Positions 36,856-46,351 are shown, numbered from the stretch's first letter. The stretch: 64,000 nucleotides of DNA from Caldilineaceae bacterium (GCA_965219935.1 CBDCOU010000003.1:289632-353631), one strand, 5' to 3'. Notes: a model not told the origin generated them from the letters alone. A program made the numbers and translations.

Positions 36856-37371
36856 TTAAACCCGAACTTTGGGAGGTTGGCTGCTGCGAAACCGCAGTGT
36901 GTCATACACCGCATACGCTTGCCTGTCCGCTTTGGCAACTTGATTGAACTGTGCGATCCCATGCTCCGCCCGATTCACCCACTGGATCACTTGGGCTCTG
37001 GTAAATGACGCCATCGGATCATAGTCTGCTTCGTGGCGGTGATATTGCATGGCAACCAAGAACCTGGCAAAGGCCCGAATCTCAGGTGGAAAAAGTTTTA
37101 TATGGCTTGGTCTCTCGCACCGCTTCTTGACTTCGCCGTGGTCCACTGCACGATAAGCCTGAACCCGGGCCGGCTGGCTTCGTGCAGATCTCGACTTTGC
37201 TGTCAGGGTGTTGGCGACACACCGTGCAAGAGTATGAAACAAAGCGTAGTAAATCGTACTGACAGCCCGTTGCAACTCAACCGCATCAGGTCGGCCCGGC
37301 CTTGTGCCATGGGCACCTTCCGCTAAACGCCGGGCCAACCGCAACAGTCTGTTCGGTGACATCACTCCCAC
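36856..37371 (-). CDS. Hypothetical protein, possibly a HEPN-like helical domain
   Basis: 171 aa. LQRAVSTIYYALFHTLARCV and MQYHRHEADYDP resemble HEPN helices. It lies in a lower-GC tract and overlaps the upstream ORF by 10 nt. Confidence 0.5.
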   Translation of the reverse strand: MGVMSPNRLLRLARRLAEGAHGTRPGRPDAVELQRAVSTIYYALFHTLARCVANTLTAKSRSARSQPARVQAYRAVDHGEVKKRCERPSHIKLFPPEIRAFARFLVAMQYHRHEADYDPMASFTRAQVIQWVNRAEHGIAQFNQVAKADRQAYAVYDTLRFRSSQPPKVRV

Positions 37372-37694
37372 GCTTTCTCAAGCGTGCGCAACAAACCCGG
37401 CCACTCCGACTTCAACACGTACGAATGAAGGGGAACCCCCGGGTATCCCAGTTCGACAGCTCTGGCCCAAAGATGTTCCTCCATGGACGACGTCTTTGCA
37501 GGATCAAGATTGTTCACGTCACCTTCGAACACGATGTAGGTGCGGAGGAAGGAGAGTTCGTCATCCTGATCTGCCCAAACCTCGATTGGACCAAACTCAA
37601 ATTCGTCTCCAAATCGTTCATTCAGCATCTGTCTGATTTCGTTAGCGAACACTTTCTCGTTGGTGGTCACAACGCCTCCTGGAAGATTGGACAT
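37362..37694 (-). CDS. Hypothetical small acidic protein, upstream partner of 36856..37371
   Basis: 110 aa with protein-like composition and no NTase GS..DxD motif. It appears translationally coupled to the downstream ORF. Confidence 0.5.
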   Translation of the reverse strand: MSNLPGGVVTTNEKVFANEIRQMLNERFGDEFEFGPIEVWADQDDELSFLRTYIVFEGDVNNLDPAKTSSMEEHLWARAVELGYPGVPLHSYVLKSEWPGLLRTLEKAWE

Positions 37695-38428
37695 CCCGAG
37701 CCAAGCAGTCTCTTAATCCCGATCGTAGCATGTTGCCGTGGCTCGTACCGCAGCAGGCTTGAAGACCTCGTTCGGTGGGCAAGAGCAGACATCGGACTCC
37801 GTTATTGCTCGGAACTCCATCCGTTGGACCAAGGCTCGGACCTCGCTCATGGATGGGATTGGCGTTGGAATCAACAGCAGGATGTGTCCGAGGCCATTCC
37901 ACAGCGGTCCAAAGGCCGAATCCGGTTCGCGTTGCCCAGGGCAGACAGAGGTGGAGCGCAGGTCCCAGCCCAGACACATTGAGAGTCCCGTGCGCCGGTA
38001 CATCTCCAATCTGACCGTGGACGCGACTGTGATGGCATGCCGCGACGGATTGCCCTGAACATGGTGAAGCTGGGTTGGCAGTTGTCGGGGCCGGTCTCTC
38101 CAATCGCGCGGTTACGGCACGAGTACGGATCCACACCCCGTTGATACAAGCCCTGATCACGGTCGGTTGACGACTTTGCATGTGCTCCCGAGACGGACCT
38201 CTGCCGTATCTGTTCCTACGGATTTGGGCGTGCGTTACGATCCAAAACACAGGTGTGTTGTCAGGGCTGGAGCCCGGATGGTTCTCCGGTCGTGTCCATT
38301 CACCGCCCCGTGGCTTGGTCGGCGCATGGAGCCGATCAGCATCTGTCGCAAGAAGCACCCGTTCCTTTCACACCTTCAACAATGCATCCGGTGGAAGGCT
38401 GCCGTCTGGCCAGGGAACCCGGACTGAC

Positions 38429-40084
38429 GTGAACTTCGTAAACTTCGATCTGAAGAACCTGAAAGGCGACATCTTTGGCGGCTTGACCTCAACGGTTGTC
38501 GGCCTCCCGGTAGCCCTGGCCTTTGGGGTTGCATCGGGGTTGGGGGCCTTGGCGGGCCTGTACGGTGCCATCGCTGTCGGATTCTTCGCGGCGTTCTTCG
38601 GGGGTACGCGGTCCCAAATCTCGGGTCCGACCGGCCCCATGGCCATCGTCATGTCGGCCGTCGTGGCCACGCATGCCGAAAACCTTGCACAGGCCTTTGT
38701 CATCGTCGTGATGGCGGGGATCATTCAGATTCTGCTTGGGGTGTTCAGGATCGGACGCTTTGTGTCCTTCACTCCGTATTCGGTGATCTCCGGCTTCATG
38801 TCCGGGGTTGGCATCATCATCATGACGGTGCAGACCTTGCCTTTCCTGGGTTGGGCCGTGGCCGAGGGCGGTCCGATCGGCGCCATTCGCACCTGGCCCG
38901 AGGTGCTCCGGAATTTCGATCCCAAGGCCTTGGCCATCGGTGCTGCATCCCTGGTGGTGGCGGTGGCCCTGCCGGACAGGGCCCGGAAGTACGTGCCGCC
39001 GCCCCTGGCCGCGCTGGCCGTGGGCACATTGCTGGCCGTGGTCTGGCTGCGCGGCACGCCGGTCATTGGGGAAGTTCCGACCGGCCTGCCCCAAATCCAG
39101 TGGCCCGTGTGGTCGCCCGACATGCTTGCCAAGTCTATTTCGCCGGCGATTACCATGGCACTGCTGGGGTCCATCGACAGCCTGCTCACCTCCCTGGTGG
39201 CCGACGCCATGACCCGTACCAAACACAACCCGGATCGAGAACTGATAGGCCAAGGCATCGGCAACCTGATGTCCGGCCTCATCGGCGGTGTGCCCGGGGC
39301 CGGTTCAACGGTCGGAACGGTGGTCAACCTGCGCGCCGGAGGTCGCACCGGGTTGTCCGGAATGATTCGGTCCGGACTCCTGCTGGCATTGGTCATGGGG
39401 CTCGGAAAGTACGTGTCCGTCATTCCCCATGCGGCCCTGGCGGGCATCCTGCTCAAGGTCGGCTGGGACATCGTTGACTGGCGTTTCATGAAGCGCCTGC
39501 ACAAGGTGCGGCCCGAACATCTCTTGGTCATGGTGCTGACGCTCGGCCTGACCGTCTTCGTGGATCTGGTGACCGCGGTGGCCATCGGTCTGATTGCGGC
39601 GGGCATGGCCAGTTCCCGTCAGTTCGAGAGGTTGGAACTCGACAGCGTGGTGTCGGTGCCGCTGCTCGATCAAACCTTCTTCGGAACCACCGGGACCCGG
39701 GCGGATGCGGATCCCTTCGCGGCACATGTCGGGATGGTGCAACTCAACGGCAGCTTCACCGTCGCGTCCTCGGCCAAGCTGATTAACGTCATCAGCCAGG
39801 ATGTTCAGGAGCACGAAGTCGTAATCCTTGACTTCACCGATACCGACCATGTGGACGACAGTGCGGCCCTGGTCATCGAACAACTGATTGACACGGCGAT
39901 GGATGACGACACGGACTGCATCGTGACGGGGTTGGACGGCGATGCGGCTGCGACGTTGGCGGCCTTGAATGTGCTGCAACGGGTCCCGTCCGCACAGATT
40001 GTTGCCGCCGTGGAGGACGCCAGGCCGATCGCGGCCGGACTGCTTGGTTTTGAGGTTCAGGTGTCCGATGTGCATGCGGGTTAG
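38429..40084 (+). CDS. SulP family anion transporter with a C-terminal STAS domain (copy 1)
   Basis: VNFVNFDLKNLKGDIFGGLTSTVVGLPVALAFGVASG... The start was set at the GTG at 38429 by alignment with copy 2. 551 aa. Confidence 0.85.
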   Translation: MNFVNFDLKNLKGDIFGGLTSTVVGLPVALAFGVASGLGALAGLYGAIAVGFFAAFFGGTRSQISGPTGPMAIVMSAVVATHAENLAQAFVIVVMAGIIQILLGVFRIGRFVSFTPYSVISGFMSGVGIIIMTVQTLPFLGWAVAEGGPIGAIRTWPEVLRNFDPKALAIGAASLVVAVALPDRARKYVPPPLAALAVGTLLAVVWLRGTPVIGEVPTGLPQIQWPVWSPDMLAKSISPAITMALLGSIDSLLTSLVADAMTRTKHNPDRELIGQGIGNLMSGLIGGVPGAGSTVGTVVNLRAGGRTGLSGMIRSGLLLALVMGLGKYVSVIPHAALAGILLKVGWDIVDWRFMKRLHKVRPEHLLVMVLTLGLTVFVDLVTAVAIGLIAAGMASSRQFERLELDSVVSVPLLDQTFFGTTGTRADADPFAAHVGMVQLNGSFTVASSAKLINVISQDVQEHEVVILDFTDTDHVDDSAALVIEQLIDTAMDDDTDCIVTGLDGDAAATLAALNVLQRVPSAQIVAAVEDARPIAAGLLGFEVQVSDVHAG

Positions 40085-40261
40085 GGTGAAGCGGCGGTGG
40101 CCTGAGCCCTGTCACGGTTGTGGCCGACAACCGTGCAACGATCCGGTCTCGCGTTGGAATGGGGCCGGCGTGCGCTTGTCACAAGCAGCACCGGTCCCTT
40201 TCAGGCCTGCAACGATGTGTCCGATGGCAGGCCACCACATCCCCAGGGCAGCCAGATTGAC

Positions 40262-41917
40262 ATGAGCTTCCTGAACTTCGACCTGAAGAACCTGAAGGGA
40301 GACTTCTTTGGCGGTTTGACCTCGACCGTCGTTGGCTTGCCCATCGCCCTGGCTTTCGGTGTTGCGTCGGGTTTGGGCGCCTTGGCCGGACTGTACGGCG
40401 CCATTGCCGTCGGGTTCTTCGCGTCCATGTTCGGTGGAACCCGATCCCAAATTTCGGGACCAACCGGTTCCATGACCGTGTTGATGGCTGCCATCATGGT
40501 CATGCATGCCGAAAACCTCACCCAGGCCATCGTCATCATCCTTATGGCAGGAGCCATTCAGATCCTGCTCGGGGTGTTCAGGATTGGACGCTTTGTGTCC
40601 TTCACACCCTATTCGGTGGTCTCAGGCTTCATGTCCGGCGTCGGGATCATCATCATGGTGGTTCAGACATTGCCATTCCTGGGCTGGGCCGTGGCCGAGG
40701 GCGGACCGGTCGGAGCCATCCGCGTGTGGCCCGAGGCCATTCGCAACTTCGACCCCAAGTCCTTGGCCATCGGTGCCGTGTCCCTGGTGGTGGTCGTGGC
40801 GTTGCCGGAACGGGCGCGGAAGTACGTGCCCCCGCCCTTGGCCGCGTTGGCGGTGGGCACGCTGTTGGCGATGGTTTGGCTGCAGGGCACCCCGGTGATT
40901 GGGGAAGTACCGACCGGTCTGCCCCAAATCCAATGGCCAGCGTTGTCGCCCGCACTTCTCATCGGATCCATTGCGCCGGCAATCACGCTGGCCCTGCTGG
41001 GCTCCATCGACAGCCTGCTCACCTCGCTGGTGGCCGACGCGATGACCCGCACCCAACACAACCCCAATCAGGAACTGATCGGTCAGGGCATCGGCAATTT
41101 CGCGGCAGGCCTCATCGGTGGTGTACCCGGGGCCGGTTCGACCCCGGGTACGGTAGTGAACCTGCGTGCGGGGGGAAGCTCCGGTCTGTCCGGCATGTTG
41201 CGGTCCGGTCTGCTGCTGGCGTTGGTCATGGGGCTCGGCAAGTATGTATCGGTGATTCCCCATGCCGCCCTGGCCGGAATCCTGCTCAAGGTCGGCTGGG
41301 ACATTGTCGACTGGCGCTTCGTGAAGCGTCTGCACAAGGTACGGCGGGAACATCTGATCGTTATGGTGGTGACACTCGGATTGACGGTCTTTGTGGATTT
41401 GGTAACCGCGGTGGCGTTTGGCCTGATTGCGGCAGGTTTTGCGAGCGCCCTTCAGTTCGAACGGCTGGAACTCGACAGCGTGGTGTCGGTTCCGCTGCTC
41501 GACCAAACCTTCTTTGGCATCACGGGGACCAAAGTGGATGACGATCCCTTCTCGGCCCATGTCGGATTGGTCCAGCTCAACGGTACTTTCACGGTGGCGT
41601 CCGCAACCAGGCTCATCAAAGTCATCAGCCTGGATGTTCAGGAGCATGAAGTCGTAATCCTTGACTTCACCGATACCTACTACGTGGACGACAGTGCGGC
41701 CCTGGTCATCGAGCAACTGATCGACACCGCGCTGGATGAAGATACGGACTGCATTGTGTCGGGGTTGGACGGCGATGCGGCCGCTACGTTGGAGGCCTTG
41801 AATGTGTTGGAACGGATTCCGTCCGCACAAATTGTTGCCTCCGTGGACGATGCCAAGCCGATCGCGGCCGGGTTGTTGGGATTTGACGCTGGGGCGATCG
41901 TTGCAGGCAGGGTTTAG
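40262..41917 (+). CDS. SulP family anion transporter with a C-terminal STAS domain (copy 2)
   Basis: MSFLNFDLKNLKGDFFGGLTSTVVGLPIALAFGVASG... Same length (551 aa) as copy 1. Confidence 0.85.
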   Translation: MSFLNFDLKNLKGDFFGGLTSTVVGLPIALAFGVASGLGALAGLYGAIAVGFFASMFGGTRSQISGPTGSMTVLMAAIMVMHAENLTQAIVIILMAGAIQILLGVFRIGRFVSFTPYSVVSGFMSGVGIIIMVVQTLPFLGWAVAEGGPVGAIRVWPEAIRNFDPKSLAIGAVSLVVVVALPERARKYVPPPLAALAVGTLLAMVWLQGTPVIGEVPTGLPQIQWPALSPALLIGSIAPAITLALLGSIDSLLTSLVADAMTRTQHNPNQELIGQGIGNFAAGLIGGVPGAGSTPGTVVNLRAGGSSGLSGMLRSGLLLALVMGLGKYVSVIPHAALAGILLKVGWDIVDWRFVKRLHKVRREHLIVMVVTLGLTVFVDLVTAVAFGLIAAGFASALQFERLELDSVVSVPLLDQTFFGITGTKVDDDPFSAHVGLVQLNGTFTVASATRLIKVISLDVQEHEVVILDFTDTYYVDDSAALVIEQLIDTALDEDTDCIVSGLDGDAAATLEALNVLERIPSAQIVASVDDAKPIAAGLLGFDAGAIVAGRV

Positions 41918-41919
41918 GG

Positions 41920-42175
41920 CAGGGCGATTGCACTCAATTGGGTTTGGGTTTGAGGCCAACCGGCTGGCACAGATAGTCCTTGTTCCAGGCTGCTGCCAGT
42001 CAGGCGTAGAGCCGTTCCAGCTTGTACTTCAGCCCATAGGGCTCCTGCTCTATGGTTTCCAGTCTCCGGCGCTACTCGCCGACCACAACGGTTTCTTCAA
42101 GGAGGTCACCCAGCTTGGTTGCCATGTGGATGCATGTCTGGCGGACACGGCCCAACTGCCCATCGTCGTACCCGT
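41920..42175 (-). mobile_element. ISAs1-family remnant (terminal repeat plus decayed transposase C-terminus)
   Basis: CAGGGCGATTGCACTCAATTGGG starts at 41920. The minus strand reads ...GLKYKLERLYA*LAAAWNKDYLCQPVGLKPKPN*. This parallels AAAWNKDYLCRLIGLMPKSN next to the repeat at 53369-53390. Confidence 0.55.
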
Positions 42176-42189
42176 CGCTGCTCGATGGC

Positions 42190-43287
42190 TTAGCGGGCAT
42201 CGTAGCCTCGCAAGAGTCTCCGCCGGATCTCTGCGGCGGCCTCAGACGCCCTTTCGGGATGGTCCTTCAAGTCGAGATATGCCTGTACCGGATGGACGCA
42301 GGGGATGCTGTCGACGAACTCCACTCCGTCGAAGACGCCTTCGTCGTTGGGCACCACCAGCCAGGTGTTCGCTCCTCTGGGTTCTTCCCGGAATCCGAGA
42401 GCTTCCTTTATCCCAGCCGACGGGTGGCTGGCGAGATACACGGTTGCAAGACGGAAGCCCGCGTGCCGTGTCCACAACCACGCTGCGGCGAGCGCCGTCG
42501 CCGCATGGGGCGCGTCAGCCTTGGACAGGATTTTGGCGATCGAATGGGTCAGTGACTCGCCTCCTCCGGCTGAAATGTGGCCCCGGATCACATCATGCCT
42601 GTCAAATCTGTATTCTTCCCGCCAAGCGTCCAGCAGCGTCCCCGGGTCGGTGGCCCGGATTCCGTCTGCTTCCCGGGCAACGAGACCGGCTTCCAGGAGC
42701 TTGCCTACGACGCGGCTCACGTGTCCCTCGTTCAAGCCGGTGCTGGAGGCTATTGCGCGCTGCCGCACCGCCTTGAAAGGCTCCATGAGCAACCGTCGCG
42801 TTATGCGAGAGCCCTTTGGTCCGAATGCGCTCTCCGGCCGTCCGGGCCGGCGGAACCGGTTGGGATGCCCCAGGTTCTGATAGAAGATGCCGGGCACGAC
42901 GATCCTGGCGTTTCCCGATAGGTCCAGCCAGGGAAGTTCGGCCTGTGCACAACGCTTCTGCGCCGCCTCTCCCATGTAAGGGACGGCCAAGAGCGGAATC
43001 ACCTCATGGGGGAAGCTGCTTTGGGCGATCCTCAGTTGACGAATTGCATCGGCGACTGGACCTAAGGAGCCCGACCTCTTCCATTCCAGCACGAAGGAAT
43101 GGCCTCGAATCGAGAAGACGGCATCCCACTTATGGCCGTCATTCGTGCGAACGCCGAGCTTGGCCTCCTCGGCCAGCTCGGAGGTGCCAAAGATGCCCGC
43201 GAGGTGCTCCACCGCTTGCTGGATGGCTGGAGCTTCGCGTGGAACCTTCATGATTGCTTTTATACTTCTCCTTGCGCATTTGCGCAA
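42190..43287 (-). CDS. Hypothetical DNA-binding protein: PD-(D/E)xK-like N-terminus, winged helix, AbiEi-antitoxin-like C-terminus
   Basis: DAVFSIRGHSFVLEWK (D..ExK), the wHTH RAIASSTGLNEGHVSRVVGKLLEAGLV, and the C-terminal HPVQAYLDLKDHPERASEAAAEIRRRLL. The start is uncertain (TTG 43287 or ATG 43251). Confidence 0.5.
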   Translation of the reverse strand: MRKCARRSIKAIMKVPREAPAIQQAVEHLAGIFGTSELAEEAKLGVRTNDGHKWDAVFSIRGHSFVLEWKRSGSLGPVADAIRQLRIAQSSFPHEVIPLLAVPYMGEAAQKRCAQAELPWLDLSGNARIVVPGIFYQNLGHPNRFRRPGRPESAFGPKGSRITRRLLMEPFKAVRQRAIASSTGLNEGHVSRVVGKLLEAGLVAREADGIRATDPGTLLDAWREEYRFDRHDVIRGHISAGGGESLTHSIAKILSKADAPHAATALAAAWLWTRHAGFRLATVYLASHPSAGIKEALGFREEPRGANTWLVVPNDEGVFDGVEFVDSIPCVHPVQAYLDLKDHPERASEAAAEIRRRLLRGYDAR

Positions 43288-43298
43288 GTTTTATTATA
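43271..43298 (-). promoter_or_regulatory. Candidate -10 box plus palindromic operator
   Basis: On the minus strand TATAAT (43298-43293) is followed by the perfect palindrome CTTGCGCA-AA-TGCGCAAG (43288-43271). Confidence 0.35.
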
Positions 43299-43706
43299 TA
43301 GGCAAGTTTCCTGGTTGCACCGGTGGTATCCCACTATGGGAGTGTGGCGTGGCGGTTGTGGCCGGCGGGCGGGTCGTCCTGCAGTCGCCCCCACATGGCC
43401 TGGTGGTCCGCGTCCGACCGCTACGAGGCCGGTCCGCCAGCCCCTTCAGGCTGGCTTCCAGGTACCGGTTGCACGCACACCCTTCACCACACGCGGGGTT
43501 TCCGGGCGTTTACGCTGTTGCTCAGCTGCGCGGCTTCGGGTGCCTGCGTTCAGGCCCGAAGCCGAATCCTGTGGTCGGCCGGGGTGACCTTGAGTTCCGA
43601 ACCCGGTTCCCGCCGTTTGGGTGTCGGGTCCGTTGCCGAAGGTTGGACGTTCACCGAAGTCTCTCGGTGCATCCGGGCACCCGCTTTCATGTTTCCGGTG
43701 TCGAAG

Positions 43707-44891
43707 CTACCCGTGTGCTCCGACGGTGCTACTACGGAATGGTTCCATGCGGCCGTAGGTGAGTGAGCGCCACAGCCACTCCAGGGGACCGTAGCGGAAC
43801 CGGTTCAGCCACCACGGCGAAAGGATGAGTTGCAACACCCACACGCCCAGGATGAAGACGGTCTGTTCCAGCCGGCTGGTCGTGCCGTACAGGCTGCCGC
43901 CGAAGCCTTGGAAGACGGCCACGCAGATCACGGTATGCATGATGTAGTTGGTGAAGGCCATGCGGCCCACCGCGGCGAGGTGCCGGCGCAATCCGGGCAG
44001 CCAGTCCCGCCGTTCCGCCAACATGACAAACCCGATGTAGCCGGCACTCACCAGAATGCTGGCCCAGTAGTTGTACTGGAAGCCACCGCCGTAGAAGGCG
44101 TGGGCCGCGTCCCAGCCCATTCGGATTCTGTCCCACACGCCAAACAACACAATCGGCAGGCCTACGAGCAGGCCCACCCCTGCCAGCGCGATGTAGGTTC
44201 GATCCGGGCGTTCCGCAGTAAGCAGCCGAAGTTTCCAGGCAGCCATGCCTATGAGCATGAGGCCGGACGCCCGCCAGAAGGCCCACACCGCGAACAGGAA
44301 CAGGTTCTCCGGTGCGTCCGTGATTCGTTGCCGCACCTGCACCAGGTAGGGTTTCTGTCGCAGGGCGATGTCGGCGTTGATCACATCCGCGGATGGAGCG
44401 AAGTCGGCATACAGTGCTTCCACTTCACTTGCCGGCATGTTGGGCATGGAGAGTCCCGCGCCAAGAATCAGGACGGTGTTGACACCGATCACTGCGAGGC
44501 CGGTCAAGGCCAGGAACACCGGGGAACGATGGCGCAGCCAGTACACGGCCATGCCTGACAGGGCGTATGTCGCCAGGATATCCCCATCCCACAACAGGAA
44601 CCAGTGCAGCAGGCCGAAAACAAGCAGCCACAGGGATCGGCGCAGGAACATGGCGGTGGGCTTGCCGCCCCTGCGTTCCAGGTTCGCCGTGAACAACAGG
44701 ATACCGGCGCCGTACAGCGGCGAGAAGATGGTCATGAACTTCTGGTCGGCAAGGACGTGCGAGACCACCCAAATCCACTTCTCGATGCCCTCAAACGAGC
44801 CGTGTACCGTGGGATTGAACAGGATCCAGTCGGGGTTGGCGAAGGAGATCATGTTCATGGGCAGGATGCCCAGCAGGGCGAAGCCCCGCAA
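43707..44891 (-). CDS. DUF418 (YeiB-like) membrane protein, copy 1, with the N-terminus interrupted by an in-frame TGA
   Basis: About 80% similar to copy 2. Upstream in frame are an ATG at 44975 and a TGA at 44921-44919, where copy 2 has Arg. The listed start is the TTG at 44891. Confidence 0.6.
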   Translation of the reverse strand: MRGFALLGILPMNMISFANPDWILFNPTVHGSFEGIEKWIWVVSHVLADQKFMTIFSPLYGAGILLFTANLERRGGKPTAMFLRRSLWLLVFGLLHWFLLWDGDILATYALSGMAVYWLRHRSPVFLALTGLAVIGVNTVLILGAGLSMPNMPASEVEALYADFAPSADVINADIALRQKPYLVQVRQRITDAPENLFLFAVWAFWRASGLMLIGMAAWKLRLLTAERPDRTYIALAGVGLLVGLPIVLFGVWDRIRMGWDAAHAFYGGGFQYNYWASILVSAGYIGFVMLAERRDWLPGLRRHLAAVGRMAFTNYIMHTVICVAVFQGFGGSLYGTTSRLEQTVFILGVWVLQLILSPWWLNRFRYGPLEWLWRSLTYGRMEPFRSSTVGAHG

Positions 44892-45044
44892 CGCATCGAT
44901 GACCTGGATGCGCTGTGTTCAAGGGCTTGGCTGCGACTGCGGTTGGTTCGGGGAATCGGGAAGTGGCTGTGTCATGGACATGGGTTGTTGTTCGATTGCG
45001 GCTGTGGGCTTGCTGGAAATCGGAGTCTCCGGCAACCGCGGGAT

Positions 45045-46304
45045 TCATCCGGTTGCGCTGGCCAAACGCTTTCGGAATGGTTGCCACCGACTGTAGGTCA
45101 ACGAGCGCCATAGCCACTCCAAGGGTCCGTAGCGGAACCGCTGCAGCCACCAAACGGAGAGGACGATCTGCAATATCCACACTCCCAGGATGAAGATGGT
45201 CTGTTCCAGGCGACTGGTCGTGCCGTACAGTCCGCCGCCAAATCCTTGAAAAACGGTCACGCAAATCACGGTCTGCAGAATGTAGTTGGTGAAGGCCATG
45301 CGGCCCACCGAGGCCAGCCAATGCCGCACGTTGGACAGCCAGTCCCGCCGCTCCGCCAACATGATGACTCCGATGTAGCCTGCACTCACCAGGATGCTGG
45401 CCCAGTAGTTGCCGTCGCCGTAGAAGGTGTGCGCCGCGTCCCATCCCATCCGCATTCGATCCCAGATGCCAAACGACACGATTGGCAGGCCCAAAAGCAG
45501 GCCGACCCCGGCCAGACCAATGTAGGTCCGGTCCGATCGCTCTGCAGTGAACAGCCGCAGCTTCCATGCGGCCATGCCCATGAGCATCAGTCCGGCCGCC
45601 CTCCAAAATCCCCACAAGGCGATCGTGTACAGGGTTTCGTTCGGCGCATCCATAATCCGTTGCCGGACCTGGAACGGATAGGGTTCCCGGTGCAGGGCAA
45701 TGTCGGCGTTGATCACGTCCATGGACGGTGCAAAGTCGGCTTTCAGGGCTGCCGCCTCGTTTGCAGGCATATAGGGAAGGCTCAGGTCGGCGCCAAGCAT
45801 GAGAACCGGGTGGACGGCGATCACTGCCAGGCCGGTCAGGATCAGGACCACCGGGGCTCGATGGCGTAGCCAATACACTGCCATCCCCGACAGCGCGTAA
45901 GTCACCAGGATGTCGCCATCCCATAACAGGATCCAGTGCAGAAGACCGAACAGGAGGAGCCATAGGGACCGGCGCAGGAATACTCTGGTCGGTTTGATAC
46001 CCCGACGTTCCAAGTTGTCCATGAACAGCAGGATGCCGGCACCGTATAGGGGCGAGAAGATGGTCATGAACTTCTGGTCGGCCAAGACGTGGGAAACCAC
46101 CCAAATCCACTTTTCGACACCTTCGAACGAACCATGCACCGTGGGGTTGAGCAGAACCCACTGGGGATTGGCGAAGGAGATGATGTTCATGATCAGAATG
46201 CCCAGCAGGGCAAAGCCCCGCAGCGCGTCGATGACTTGGATGCGCCGTGCCCGAGGGCCGGGTCGCGATTGCCCGTCGGGCATTTCAGGGACAGGTTGCA
46301 GCAT
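45045..46304 (-). CDS. DUF418 (YeiB-like) membrane protein, copy 2
   Basis: RRIQVIDALRGFALLGILIMNI...NYILQTVIC...RYGPLEWLWRSLTY. The start was placed after the upstream terminator (ATG 46304 or 46283). Confidence 0.75.
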   Translation of the reverse strand: MLQPVPEMPDGQSRPGPRARRIQVIDALRGFALLGILIMNIISFANPQWVLLNPTVHGSFEGVEKWIWVVSHVLADQKFMTIFSPLYGAGILLFMDNLERRGIKPTRVFLRRSLWLLLFGLLHWILLWDGDILVTYALSGMAVYWLRHRAPVVLILTGLAVIAVHPVLMLGADLSLPYMPANEAAALKADFAPSMDVINADIALHREPYPFQVRQRIMDAPNETLYTIALWGFWRAAGLMLMGMAAWKLRLFTAERSDRTYIGLAGVGLLLGLPIVSFGIWDRMRMGWDAAHTFYGDGNYWASILVSAGYIGVIMLAERRDWLSNVRHWLASVGRMAFTNYILQTVICVTVFQGFGGGLYGTTSRLEQTIFILGVWILQIVLSVWWLQRFRYGPLEWLWRSLTYSRWQPFRKRLASATG

Positions 46305-46351
46305 GGGTGATGGCTGACCTGCGGCTGTGGTCGCGAAACTATAGGAATCAA

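Noticed and set aside
44919-44921. The in-frame TGA in DUF418 copy 1 as selenocysteine or programmed read-through
   Set aside because: The paralogue has Arg (CGG) at this position. I saw no obvious SECIS-like hairpin directly downstream, and there is no redox motif. A nonsense mutation is the simpler explanation.
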